Shown here one piece after another: positions 16,651-25,267 of a stretch of 56,082 bases of DNA; position 1 is the stretch's first letter; each line of letters starts with the position of its first letter. Under the pieces are notes generated by a model. The model saw only the letters and a program-made list of their open reading frames with translations, was not told where the DNA came from and searched no databases. Source of the stretch: Pyrinomonadaceae bacterium (lineage in GTDB: Bacteria; Acidobacteriota; Blastocatellia; Pyrinomonadales; Pyrinomonadaceae). The stretch covers positions 1 through 56,082 of the forward strand of contig DATBSG010000356.1 in assembly GCA_036559945.1 (NCBI GenBank). Reading direction: 5' to 3'. The translations under genes were made by a program, and so were the position numbers.

Positions 16651-17829
16651 TTAATACTTTGCCGTCGGCACTGCCAATCCCAAAGCTCTCACAATCTCCG
16701 CATCCGGCGTGGCGTGGCCGTTAACCTTGTTCACGACGGCGAAGCCGCCAGCGTAGTCCCACATGGTCCAACCAAGGCCGTGTTTCTCAAACGCAGTGCG
16801 GATGTCGGTGATCCACCGGGCGCGATCGGCGGCGTCCGCAAAGCGGCGATAGGCGCCGAACTCGTTGCAAGTCAGCAGCACATGATGCTTTGTTGCCCAT
16901 GCCGCCGCCATAGCGATCTCGCGATCGACGCGCTCGGCGTTCCAGCGGTCTTCACCATAGCGGAGCAGACTGAAACGCGCGGGATCATCAGTGACGGTGT
17001 CGAGAATCTTAGCCACGGCTTCGGGGCTCGAGGGATAAGGAACGTTGCGATAGAACTGAAGATTTGGACCCGCCCAGTTTGCGCCCTGATGGGTGAACGC
17101 AAAAGGATCGTAGTAATGAAAGTTATAGATAATGTTCCGATCGGCGTAAGGCTCGAGCGCCAGCAACTCCCACAAACCTGACCAGCGATAACCCGACGCG
17201 ATGATCGTGTGATGCGGCGCGCCGGCGCGTATGGCCGCGATCAGCTTCGCCTGAATCCCATACCAGCGATAAGGGTCTTCAACCATCGGCTCGTTGATGG
17301 TTTCAAGAAAAACCATCTCAGGATCGCGCGTCGAAAGGTGCTCAGCGAGAGCGCGCCAAAACTTGGTAAAGTTTTCCACTTCCCGATCTTCTTTCAGGCG
17401 AAGCTTGAAATCGTCCGAAGGATGGATATCGACGATGACCGCCAGCCGCTGCGCCAGGATCATGTCCAGCGCAGCATCGAAATAGCGCAGATACTCGGGC
17501 CTTAACGAACTCAGATCATTGGGATTCATCAGCGGCGCCGGCTCGATTGGAAAGCGAACATGATCGAATCCCATCGCCTTGATCAGAGCGATATCCTCTG
17601 CCGTGGTGTGCGTCTCGAGATGCTCTTTCGAATAGTTATTTCCCGCCGATTGCGAGAACCAATGGCTCAGGTTGATGCCGTGCCTCAGGCGCGCGAACCG
17701 CGTTTGCACCGCGTCAGTTTCGGTTTGGTCTGCGCGCGCCGGCGCCCGTGCGCTCGTGGCCGCGATTGACAGCCATGGCAAAGTAACGCATAAGATGGCG
17801 GCGAACATCGAGGCGTTTCGTTTTAGCAT
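16651..17829 (-). CDS. glycoside hydrolase family 5 (endo-beta-glycanase), exported
   Basis: ATG at 17829 lies directly after a strong AAGGAGG; the ORF-track GTG at 17850 lacks an RBS. Contains GINLSHWF, GFDHVRFPI, the FLETINEP (NEP acid/base) motif and NFHYYDPFAFTHQG, typical of the GH5 (beta/alpha)8 fold. Confidence 0.8.
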   Translation of the reverse strand: MLKRNASMFAAILCVTLPWLSIAATSARAPARADQTETDAVQTRFARLRHGINLSHWFSQSAGNNYSKEHLETHTTAEDIALIKAMGFDHVRFPIEPAPLMNPNDLSSLRPEYLRYFDAALDMILAQRLAVIVDIHPSDDFKLRLKEDREVENFTKFWRALAEHLSTRDPEMVFLETINEPMVEDPYRWYGIQAKLIAAIRAGAPHHTIIASGYRWSGLWELLALEPYADRNIIYNFHYYDPFAFTHQGANWAGPNLQFYRNVPYPSSPEAVAKILDTVTDDPARFSLLRYGEDRWNAERVDREIAMAAAWATKHHVLLTCNEFGAYRRFADAADRARWITDIRTAFEKHGLGWTMWDYAGGFAVVNKVNGHATPDAEIVRALGLAVPTAKY

Positions 17830-17889
17830 GCGCCTCCTTTTAGCAGGCACACATTACAAAAGTAAAGAATAAATTCTAAGGCAGGCAGG

Positions 17890-20481
17890 ATGCGTCTCAC
17901 AATGAGATCAGTCTTTGGTTCCAGGTTCCGCTCGTGGTTGTCGCCGCTGGTCTTGCTGCTGATCGTTGCTTCGGCAGACTCGCAACCGAATGCGAGTAGA
18001 TCAGCGACCGCGAAACTCGTCATCCCTATCAATACCGGCTGGCGATTCCGCGAAGCTGGCAAAGACTCATGGCATACGGCAACAGTTCCCGGTTGTGTGC
18101 ACACTGATCTCTTAACCCATAATTTAATTGATGATCCCTTCTATCGTGACAACGAGCAGAAGCAGCAGTGGATCGGCAAGACTGATTGGGAATATGAGAC
18201 GCACTTTACTGTTGCTCGCGAAATTCTGCAGCGTGAACACATCGAGCTGGTTTTTCAAGGATTGGATACTTACGCTGACGTTTATCTAAACGAAACTCTC
18301 GTCTTAAACGCCGACAACATGTTTCGTACCTGGCGGGTTGACTGCAAACGCGCGCTGAAAATTGGCGACAACACTCTGCGGGTACACTTTCGCTCGCCGA
18401 TCAACGAAATCCTCCCGCTGATGGCGAAGATTAAATATCAATTGCCGGCGCCGAACGATCAGGGCGAGAAGACTTCGCCCTACACGCGCAAAGCGCCTTA
18501 TCAATATGGCTGGGATTGGGGACCGCGTTTCGTGACGAGCGGCATTTGGCGTCCGGTTTTTTTGGAGGCGTGGAGCCAGGCGCGCGTGACTGACCTGCAG
18601 ATTGTGACAAAGCAGATCACGCCTGCCGCTGCGTCGCTGACGGCTACTGTCGAGATCGAAGCGGATCGTTCCGGCAAAGCAACGCTGGTGTTGAGAAACC
18701 TAACCAACAGGACAGTGGCGGCCGAAAAAGCGATCTCGCTGAACGAAGGCATCAACCGGATAGCGCTGGATTTCATAATTGCCCATCCGCAACTCTGGTG
18801 GCCGAACGGTTTGGGCGCTCATCCGCTTTACAGCTTACGGGCTCAACTGTTAATCGAGGGGAAATTGATCGATCAAAAAAACACTCGCACGGGTGTGCGC
18901 TCATTAGAGCTGCGGCAACAGCCTGACGAATCAGGCAAGAGCTTTACGTTTTTCATCAATGGCATTCCGGTCTTTGCTAAAGGCGCCAACTGGATTCCGG
19001 CCGACAGCTTTCCCACCCGCATCACGAAAGAGAAGTACCGGCAACTGGTCGGCTCAGCGCGTGATGCGAACATGAACATGTTGCGCGTCTGGGGCGGCGG
19101 CATCTATGAGAGCGACGATTTTTACGATGCTTCCGATGAAATGGGAATTCTGGTCTGGCAGGAATTTATGTTCGCCTGCAGCATGTATCCGGCCAATCCT
19201 GAATTTCTGGATAATGTCAGGCATGAAGCCATCGATAACGTGACGCGGCTGCGAAATCATCCGAGCATCGTCATCTGGTGCGGCAACAATGAGATCGAGA
19301 CGGGGTGGCAACATTGGGGCTGGAAACAAACTCTGCCGGCAAGCCTGTGGGACGATTACAAAAAGATTTTTCATGGCGTGCTCGCCGAAGTTACCGCCGC
19401 GCTCGATCCATCGCGGCCGTATTGGCCCAGCTCGCCGAGTTCGAATCTTGAGGATGATCCCGATTCGCAACGCATGGGCGATGTCCACTACTGGCAGGTA
19501 TGGCACGCGGCTGCGCCGTTTTCGGAGTATGAGAAGCAGCATCCTCGCTTCATGAGCGAATATGGTTTTCAATCGTTTCCACAAATCGATACCATCAAGA
19601 CTTACACGCTGCCCAGCGAGCGCGACATTCAATCGCCCGTCATGCTGGCGCATCAACGCCATCCGCGCGGCAATCAATTGATTCGCGAGTACATGCTGCG
19701 CGAGTACCCGCAGCCGAAAGACTTTGAATCGTTTCTCTACGTCAGTCAGGTGCTGCAGGCGGATGGCATCCGCACGGGCGCCGAGCACCTGCGGCGGATC
19801 ATGCCGCACAACATGGGTTCGTTGTACTGGCAGATTGACGATTGCTGGCCCGTCGCGTCCTGGTCCAGCATTGACTATTACGGACGATGGAAGGCGCTGC
19901 AGTACTACGCGCGTCACTTCTATACAAATTTGCTGATCAGTCCGCACGTCGAAGATGGAAGGCTGAAATTCTACGTTGTCTCAGATCAGACAAAAGCTGC
20001 GCCTGCTAAAATTAATGTCGCTCTGATGGATTTTGATGGACGCGCTCTGAAGAGCCTGGATCGTGAAGTCATGATCGCGCCGTTGGCCAGCCGTTCCTAT
20101 TTCGACCTTAGTCTGAGCGACCTTTTTCAAGGAACAGATGCCAAGGACTCTTTCGTGTATTGCGAGTTGTTAGTTGACGGCAAGATTGCTTCCGCTCACG
20201 ATTACTTCTTCGCGCCTTTCAAAGAATTGCGGCTACCAAAACCGGCTATCAGGTTCGAAGTGGCACTGACGCGCGGCGGCTTTCGCGTAACTCTGAACTC
20301 TGATAAATTTGCCAGAGCTGTATATCTTTCAGTACCCGATCACGACGGCTCGTTTTCGGACAATTATTTCGACTTGGTTCCTGGAAGGCAGGTCATAGTC
20401 GAATATCACTCGCGCGCGCCATTATCGTTGAAAGATTTCCGCGAGCGTCTGAACCTTCGGTCAATGGTTGACGCTTTTTGA
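17890..20481 (+). CDS. glycoside hydrolase family 2, beta-mannosidase-like, exported
   Basis: Signal peptide. Contains GANWIPADSFP, NMLRVWGGGIYE, NHPSIVIWCGNNE and HYWQVWH...FMSEYGFQSFP, a motif series characteristic of GH2 beta-mannosidases. Confidence 0.85.
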   Translation: MRLTMRSVFGSRFRSWLSPLVLLLIVASADSQPNASRSATAKLVIPINTGWRFREAGKDSWHTATVPGCVHTDLLTHNLIDDPFYRDNEQKQQWIGKTDWEYETHFTVAREILQREHIELVFQGLDTYADVYLNETLVLNADNMFRTWRVDCKRALKIGDNTLRVHFRSPINEILPLMAKIKYQLPAPNDQGEKTSPYTRKAPYQYGWDWGPRFVTSGIWRPVFLEAWSQARVTDLQIVTKQITPAAASLTATVEIEADRSGKATLVLRNLTNRTVAAEKAISLNEGINRIALDFIIAHPQLWWPNGLGAHPLYSLRAQLLIEGKLIDQKNTRTGVRSLELRQQPDESGKSFTFFINGIPVFAKGANWIPADSFPTRITKEKYRQLVGSARDANMNMLRVWGGGIYESDDFYDASDEMGILVWQEFMFACSMYPANPEFLDNVRHEAIDNVTRLRNHPSIVIWCGNNEIETGWQHWGWKQTLPASLWDDYKKIFHGVLAEVTAALDPSRPYWPSSPSSNLEDDPDSQRMGDVHYWQVWHAAAPFSEYEKQHPRFMSEYGFQSFPQIDTIKTYTLPSERDIQSPVMLAHQRHPRGNQLIREYMLREYPQPKDFESFLYVSQVLQADGIRTGAEHLRRIMPHNMGSLYWQIDDCWPVASWSSIDYYGRWKALQYYARHFYTNLLISPHVEDGRLKFYVVSDQTKAAPAKINVALMDFDGRALKSLDREVMIAPLASRSYFDLSLSDLFQGTDAKDSFVYCELLVDGKIASAHDYFFAPFKELRLPKPAIRFEVALTRGGFRVTLNSDKFARAVYLSVPDHDGSFSDNYFDLVPGRQVIVEYHSRAPLSLKDFRERLNLRSMVDAF

Positions 20482-20514
20482 TTGTCGTCGCGTTGGGCGC
20501 AAGGTGTTTCGCGC

Positions 20515-20542
20515 TTGTGCCCGTCGGCTTTCGAGATATAAT
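20515..20542 (+). promoter_or_regulatory. candidate sigma70-type promoter (TTGTGC-N16-TATAAT) for the 242-aa secreted protein gene
   Basis: A perfect TATAAT sits at 20537-20542 with TTGTGC at 20515-20520 and a 16-nt spacer, 40-50 nt upstream of the ATGs at 20584/20593 and AAGGAG. It was found by eye only, and acidobacterial promoter rules are poorly defined. Confidence 0.3.
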
Positions 20543-20583
20543 CTGGGCACTCCCGGACGAGCTCAACTTGAACCCAAGGAGAA

Positions 20584-21312
20584 ATGTGTCCCATGAGGTT
20601 CGCCGCGCGCTTGTTTCTTTTTCCACTTGCCGTGCTGATCGCACTCAGCGCACCAGCGCCAAACAGATGGATCTCTTCGGCAGTTTCCACCCAAGGCGAA
20701 AAACCCGAAGGCGAGAAGTTCGTCTACGCTGATTTCGAGAAAATGGAAAATGGCCGCCCAGTTAGCAATGGTGGCGGCCTGATGCAGATCTATTTGTCGC
20801 AGGAATCAACTCCGGTTCAGTTCAAGGGTATGGCGAATGTTTCGCCCGGCGCCCCCGAAATCGTTAGGGTGAAAGGCCAGGAGGGGAATCACGTTGCGAC
20901 GTTTGAATATACTCTGGTTGGTCCTAACCAGTGGGCCAACGTCACGCTCGAAATTCAGGGGCATCCAAACAAAGACGGCGAACCCGTAGCGGACGACGTG
21001 AGTGCTTACAAGAACCTATCGGTGCAACTCTATGCTACCGGAACGGAAGGACTGCGCTTGGAATTCATCAGTCATGGTCAGGGCATTAAACTTAACGCGG
21101 GCTTTCCACAAATTCCGCTCAGGCTAAAGCCGGGATTCAATACATACCTGATTCCTCTGAAATCTCTTTCGCAGCCTTCGTGGGTCGAGGACAAGGTAGA
21201 TACCAAGGATGTGCTCAGGAAATTAACCGCCATTAGTATCAGCGCCTACTGCAATCAATGCACGCCGCAGCATGGCACCGTCGCAGTGGATAACCTTGTC
21301 TTTCAGAAGTAA
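20584..21312 (+). CDS. secreted hypothetical protein, possible beta-sandwich carbohydrate-binding-type module
   Basis: Signal peptide (RFAARLFLFPLAVLIALSAPA). It has no catalytic motif I recognise. The pattern FVYADFE...NGGG...W...(end) GTVAVDNLVFQK resembles CBM/CIA30-like beta-sandwich proteins. AAGGAG lies upstream, and the alternative ATG at 20593 has better spacing. Confidence 0.5.
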   Translation: MCPMRFAARLFLFPLAVLIALSAPAPNRWISSAVSTQGEKPEGEKFVYADFEKMENGRPVSNGGGLMQIYLSQESTPVQFKGMANVSPGAPEIVRVKGQEGNHVATFEYTLVGPNQWANVTLEIQGHPNKDGEPVADDVSAYKNLSVQLYATGTEGLRLEFISHGQGIKLNAGFPQIPLRLKPGFNTYLIPLKSLSQPSWVEDKVDTKDVLRKLTAISISAYCNQCTPQHGTVAVDNLVFQK

Positions 21313-21486
21313 AAACTTGATTAGAAATTCGGTTCGTCTCGTGCTCCAGATCGGTTTTTCATTCAACACCTGTCAATTGGAGTTGTTGGGCAGGAGCAGC
21401 AGTTTGCATCTCTTGGGAATTTCAAGCTCGACAGCCACCCGGTTAAAACGGGGTGAGAATACGAAGGCGATCTCGAACAACTGAAA

Positions 21487-22605
21487 ATGGACCGGCGCAT
21501 TTTTATCAAAGGTCTGGCCGCCTCCGCCGTTACAGTCGCCACAGCCGGCCGCGGCGCGATGCCCTCTGACATCGACGCGCGACGCATTCCGCGCTGGCGC
21601 GGCTTTAATCTCCAGGGACGATTTGGTGCCGCGGAACGACCATACAGCGGAAGAGCTTTCGACGAATTCGACTTTGCCACGATGGCTGAGTGGGGTTTCA
21701 ATTTCGCTCGCTTGCCACTGTCATATTGGGTTTGGGGGCGCAGGGACGACTGGTCGATTATCAACGAAGAGCCGCTGAAAGAAATCGATCGGGCAATCGA
21801 GCTGGGTCGCCAATACGGCATTCACATCAACATCAATTTCCATCGTATTCCCGGCTACTGCATTAACGAACGCGAGTTGGAGCCTGCTGATCTCTTTTCG
21901 GGAACCAAAACACAACGCGATAAAGCTCTCGCTGCGGCTGCGTTTCATTGGCGTGCATTTGCCAAACGCTATAAAGGCACACTGAATCGGCAACTCAGTT
22001 TCGATCTGATCAATGAACCGCCAAAAATGAGATCGTATGAAGGCTATCTCGAGGAACGCTACGTCGAGATAGTTAAGGCGCTCGTTGCCGGCATTCGTGA
22101 AGTCGATCCTAAGAGACTGATCTTTGCCGACGGCATCAATATCGGCCAGGCGCCCGTGATGGGTATAGCCGACCTGGGACTGGTCCAGAGCACGCGTGGC
22201 TATTTGCCCAAAGCGGTCAGTCACTATACCGCGACTTGGGTACCTAAAGACGAGTTTGAAAGTTTCAATGTTCCCACCTGGCCCATGAAAGACGATCGCG
22301 GCACAACGTGGGATCGCGCGCGGCTGAAACGCGAATACATCGAGCCGTACAAACCACTGATCGATCGCGGCGTGCAGATTCATGTCGGCGAGTGGGGCTG
22401 CTTCAATCAGACCCCGCACGAAGTAACCCTGGCGTGGATGCGAGATTCTCTCTCGCTTTGGAAGGAAGCAGACTGGGGATACTCACTCTGGAATCTGCGC
22501 GGGTCATTCGGAGTAATGGATAGCGATCGCAAGGACGTGCTTTACGAAGACTACAATGGTCATAAGCTCGATCGAAAGATGTTGGAACTATTAAAGCAAT
22601 ACTGA
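21487..22605 (+). CDS. glycoside hydrolase family 5, Tat-exported
   Basis: Twin-arginine leader MDRRIFIKGLAASAVTVATAG. Contains RWRGFNL, WGFNFARLPL, the FDLINEP (NEP acid/base) motif and HVGEWG (nucleophile region), all typical of GH5. Confidence 0.8.
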   Translation: MDRRIFIKGLAASAVTVATAGRGAMPSDIDARRIPRWRGFNLQGRFGAAERPYSGRAFDEFDFATMAEWGFNFARLPLSYWVWGRRDDWSIINEEPLKEIDRAIELGRQYGIHININFHRIPGYCINERELEPADLFSGTKTQRDKALAAAAFHWRAFAKRYKGTLNRQLSFDLINEPPKMRSYEGYLEERYVEIVKALVAGIREVDPKRLIFADGINIGQAPVMGIADLGLVQSTRGYLPKAVSHYTATWVPKDEFESFNVPTWPMKDDRGTTWDRARLKREYIEPYKPLIDRGVQIHVGEWGCFNQTPHEVTLAWMRDSLSLWKEADWGYSLWNLRGSFGVMDSDRKDVLYEDYNGHKLDRKMLELLKQY

Positions 22606-22742
22606 TCAGAATGGCGCAGCTAAACCAGTTTTTCCAGTACCCCACTGTAGTTCATAACATTTAGTCTTAATCTCGTGGTGCTGTCTTCGGCGCTATTCAT
22701 GGGCCACAACAGAAAGTCAGTCATCGCCCTTTAGAGTAGCCA

Positions 22743-25259
22743 ATGATTAAGTTAGGCGAGACGCGGACCGTTTCACTCATCCTGCCGGCTACGCTTGCGG
22801 TTCTGTCGGTGCTGGTTTGTTTACGTGCGCAAAACGCGCGAGGTCCATCGCTACGGCTAAACGATCAAGAGTATTTCGAAATGCCCGGCCTTAACGTAAT
22901 GGCCTTTCAGGATATTTATCCAGAAGGCCACCAATCCGGCATAAGTATCATTCAAAATGGAGTACGCGTTGCCACTAATGGCGATCTTCGTTTAGATCCC
23001 ACTCCCGGCCAATGGCAGCCGATGCCGAAGCAGAACAAACGGTCTGTAAACAAACAACAGAATGAAATCATTACTTCGCTGTCTTACCCCGACCCTGAGC
23101 GGAACCGCACGGGTTTCAACCCCATTAATTATCCCGATTTGAATTTGTCATATCAGGTTCGTGTTCGTGGCGAAGGCCAGAGCATTCGTGTTGTTGTAGA
23201 TCTGGATCAGCCGCTTCCCGCGGCTTTCGTCGGTAAGGTAGGCCTCAACCTTGAACTGTACCCGGCGAATCTGTTCGGCAAGAGCTGGTATCTGGGCGGC
23301 CAGTCAGGGATCTTTCCGCGCCAGCCGAACGGCCCAGATGTCCCGGATGCCAGCGGCGAGATTCAGCCGGCGCCGTTGGCTTTAGGAAAGCAGCTTTCTA
23401 TTGCGCCGGAAGTTGAATCTCAACGAATGATCATTGAAAGCCGCAAGAATGAATTGCAGTTACTGGATGGTCGTAACAAACACAACAATGGCTGGTTCGT
23501 CGTGCGATCGCTTGTGCCCGCAAACACGACAACAGGCGCCGTCGAATGGATTATTACGCCGCATGCAATCGCCGGATGGAAGTACGACCCTGTCGTTCAT
23601 GTTTCGCAGATTGGCTATCATCCGAGGCAGAAAAAGATCGCGATTATTGAACTCGACAGTGCGGACGACGCGAAAGATCTTTTTCACTTGAAGCGCGTTT
23701 CTGAGGCTGGAGGTCTTATCGAGGTGCTCTCTGGCCCGCCAACCAGATGGGGAACATTTCTGCGCTATCAATACCTGCAATTTGACTTCAGCACAATTGA
23801 AACGGCCGGCATGTATGTTGCCGAATATCGCAATTTCCGCAGCCAGCCTTTCCAAATTTCAACGGAAGTCTACAAACGCGGAGTATGGCAGCCGGTTCTC
23901 GAATATTTTCTGCCGGTGCAGATGTGCCACATGCGCGTCGAACAGCAATATCGCGTATGGCACGGAGCATGTCACCTCGACGATGCGCGTATGGCGCCGA
24001 CTAACTCTAACCACTTCGACGGTTACATCCAGGGAGCGAGTACGCTTAGTGCCGTGCGTTCCGGAGAAACTGTTCCCGGCTTAAACGTCGGTGGCTGGCA
24101 CGACGCGGGCGATGACGATCTGCGCATCGAATCGCAGGCAGATGAAGTTTCGATTCTGGCGAGCACCTATGAAGCGTTCCATCTGGATTATGATGACACT
24201 ACTGTCGATGAAGACAAACGCCTCACGAAAATTCATCAGCCAGACGGCAAACCTGACGTGTTACAACAAGTCGAGCATGGCGTGCTGAGCATTCTCGGTA
24301 GTTATAAAGCTTTGGGACGACTCTATCGCGGCATCATAGTGCCGACCTTGCCGCAATACGTCTTGATCGGTGAAGAGACTAACTCTACCGACAATCTGTT
24401 TTACGACTCCGCGCTTAGACCTGATCAGCGAACCGCGACGCATTCCGGCAAGAACGACGACCGTCTTGTGTTCACCGAAGAGAACGCCGGCCATGAGTAC
24501 AAGGGAATTGCCGCGCTGGCGATTGCCGGCCGCGTTCTCAGAAAAGAAAATCCCGCGCTCGCCGGCCAAAGCATCGCTGCCGCGGAAGCCATGTGGAAAC
24601 AGAATCGCGATCCTGAGAAAGGCTTCAACGAACGAATTAAGGCTGCAGTCGAGCTGTGGTTAACGACCAGAAAACCTGAATACGGTCAGGTGTTAATTGA
24701 TAACCGTCAGCAGATCGTCAAACATGCGGACGAGCTAGCCTGGTCCATCGGAAAGGCATTGCACCTGATTACCGATAAACACTTTATTGACGAGCTGCGC
24801 GGCGCTGTGGCGGCGAGCTTTGCCAGGATGATCGAACAGCAAAAAGCAAATCCTTTTGGCGTGCCCTATAGGCCACATATTTGGGGAGCCGGCTGGGACA
24901 TTCAGCGTTTCGGAGTCGACCAATACTACCTGCATCGAGCATTCCCGGACATCGTCAGCTCAGAATACATGCTGAACGCGCTGAATTTCGTTTTGGGGGT
25001 TCACCCCGGCGAAAACACAGCGTCTTTCGTCTCTGGAGTAGGCGCACGTTCCATGACGGTGGCTTATGGAATCAACCGCGCTGACTGGTCGTACATTCCG
25101 GGCGGTGTCGTATCGGGAACTGCACTCATCCGTCCTGATTTCCCAGAGTTGAAGGATTTCCCTTTCCTGTGGCAACAGGGCGAGTACGTTCTGGGCGGCG
25201 GATCATCCAATTATATGTTCCTGGTACTCGCCGCCGAGCAGATTTTGAATGGGAGCTAG
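22743..25259 (+). CDS. glycoside hydrolase family 9-like enzyme with N-terminal Ig-like/extra domains, exported
   Basis: Signal-like N-terminus. The GH9 signature GGWHDAGDDDLRIE (DAGD catalytic Asp pair) sits mid-protein in an (alpha/alpha)6-type region, and the C-terminal IPGGVVSG...GEY segment follows. The roughly 430-aa N-terminal extension is unassigned. Confidence 0.7.
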   Translation: MIKLGETRTVSLILPATLAVLSVLVCLRAQNARGPSLRLNDQEYFEMPGLNVMAFQDIYPEGHQSGISIIQNGVRVATNGDLRLDPTPGQWQPMPKQNKRSVNKQQNEIITSLSYPDPERNRTGFNPINYPDLNLSYQVRVRGEGQSIRVVVDLDQPLPAAFVGKVGLNLELYPANLFGKSWYLGGQSGIFPRQPNGPDVPDASGEIQPAPLALGKQLSIAPEVESQRMIIESRKNELQLLDGRNKHNNGWFVVRSLVPANTTTGAVEWIITPHAIAGWKYDPVVHVSQIGYHPRQKKIAIIELDSADDAKDLFHLKRVSEAGGLIEVLSGPPTRWGTFLRYQYLQFDFSTIETAGMYVAEYRNFRSQPFQISTEVYKRGVWQPVLEYFLPVQMCHMRVEQQYRVWHGACHLDDARMAPTNSNHFDGYIQGASTLSAVRSGETVPGLNVGGWHDAGDDDLRIESQADEVSILASTYEAFHLDYDDTTVDEDKRLTKIHQPDGKPDVLQQVEHGVLSILGSYKALGRLYRGIIVPTLPQYVLIGEETNSTDNLFYDSALRPDQRTATHSGKNDDRLVFTEENAGHEYKGIAALAIAGRVLRKENPALAGQSIAAAEAMWKQNRDPEKGFNERIKAAVELWLTTRKPEYGQVLIDNRQQIVKHADELAWSIGKALHLITDKHFIDELRGAVAASFARMIEQQKANPFGVPYRPHIWGAGWDIQRFGVDQYYLHRAFPDIVSSEYMLNALNFVLGVHPGENTASFVSGVGARSMTVAYGINRADWSYIPGGVVSGTALIRPDFPELKDFPFLWQQGEYVLGGGSSNYMFLVLAAEQILNGS

Positions 25260-25267
25260 CCACAAAA

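Noticed and set aside
19054-19947. Long antisense ORFs inside large genes. Examples: 19054-19947 (297 aa), 21721-22419, 27683-28156, 36564-37226, 37746-38270, 39765-40451, 42335-43132, 47565-48176, 54051-54560, 55508-56038.
   Set aside because: Each lies fully within, and antisense to or out of frame with, a gene carrying strong family motifs. Their translations are Arg/Ala/His-rich with no recognisable domains. They are typical shadow ORFs of moderately GC-rich DNA.
21444-21464. A small hairpin CACCC(G)-GTTAAAA-C(G)GGGTG upstream of the Tat-GH5 gene, considered as a riboswitch or attenuator.
   Set aside because: It has only a 5-6-bp stem with a bulge, no flanking conserved structure and no T-tract. 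It is indistinguishable from chance.
22743-24050. The roughly 430-aa N-terminal extension of the GH9-like protein, considered as a possible novel catalytic domain.
   Set aside because: Many GH9 enzymes carry N-terminal Ig-like or CBM-type domains. I cannot delimit or classify this region by eye, and nothing in it (no obvious catalytic motifs or repeats) justifies a separate claim without HMM or structure searches.
25169-25267. ORF-track start of the AGE-GH16 gene, 91 nt inside the GH9 gene.
   Set aside because: The first 33 codons overlap the GH9 C-terminus and encode an Arg-rich non-signal sequence. TTG at 25268, just after the GH9 stop and 12 nt after GGGAG, yields a plausible signal peptide. 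The exact start remains uncertain.
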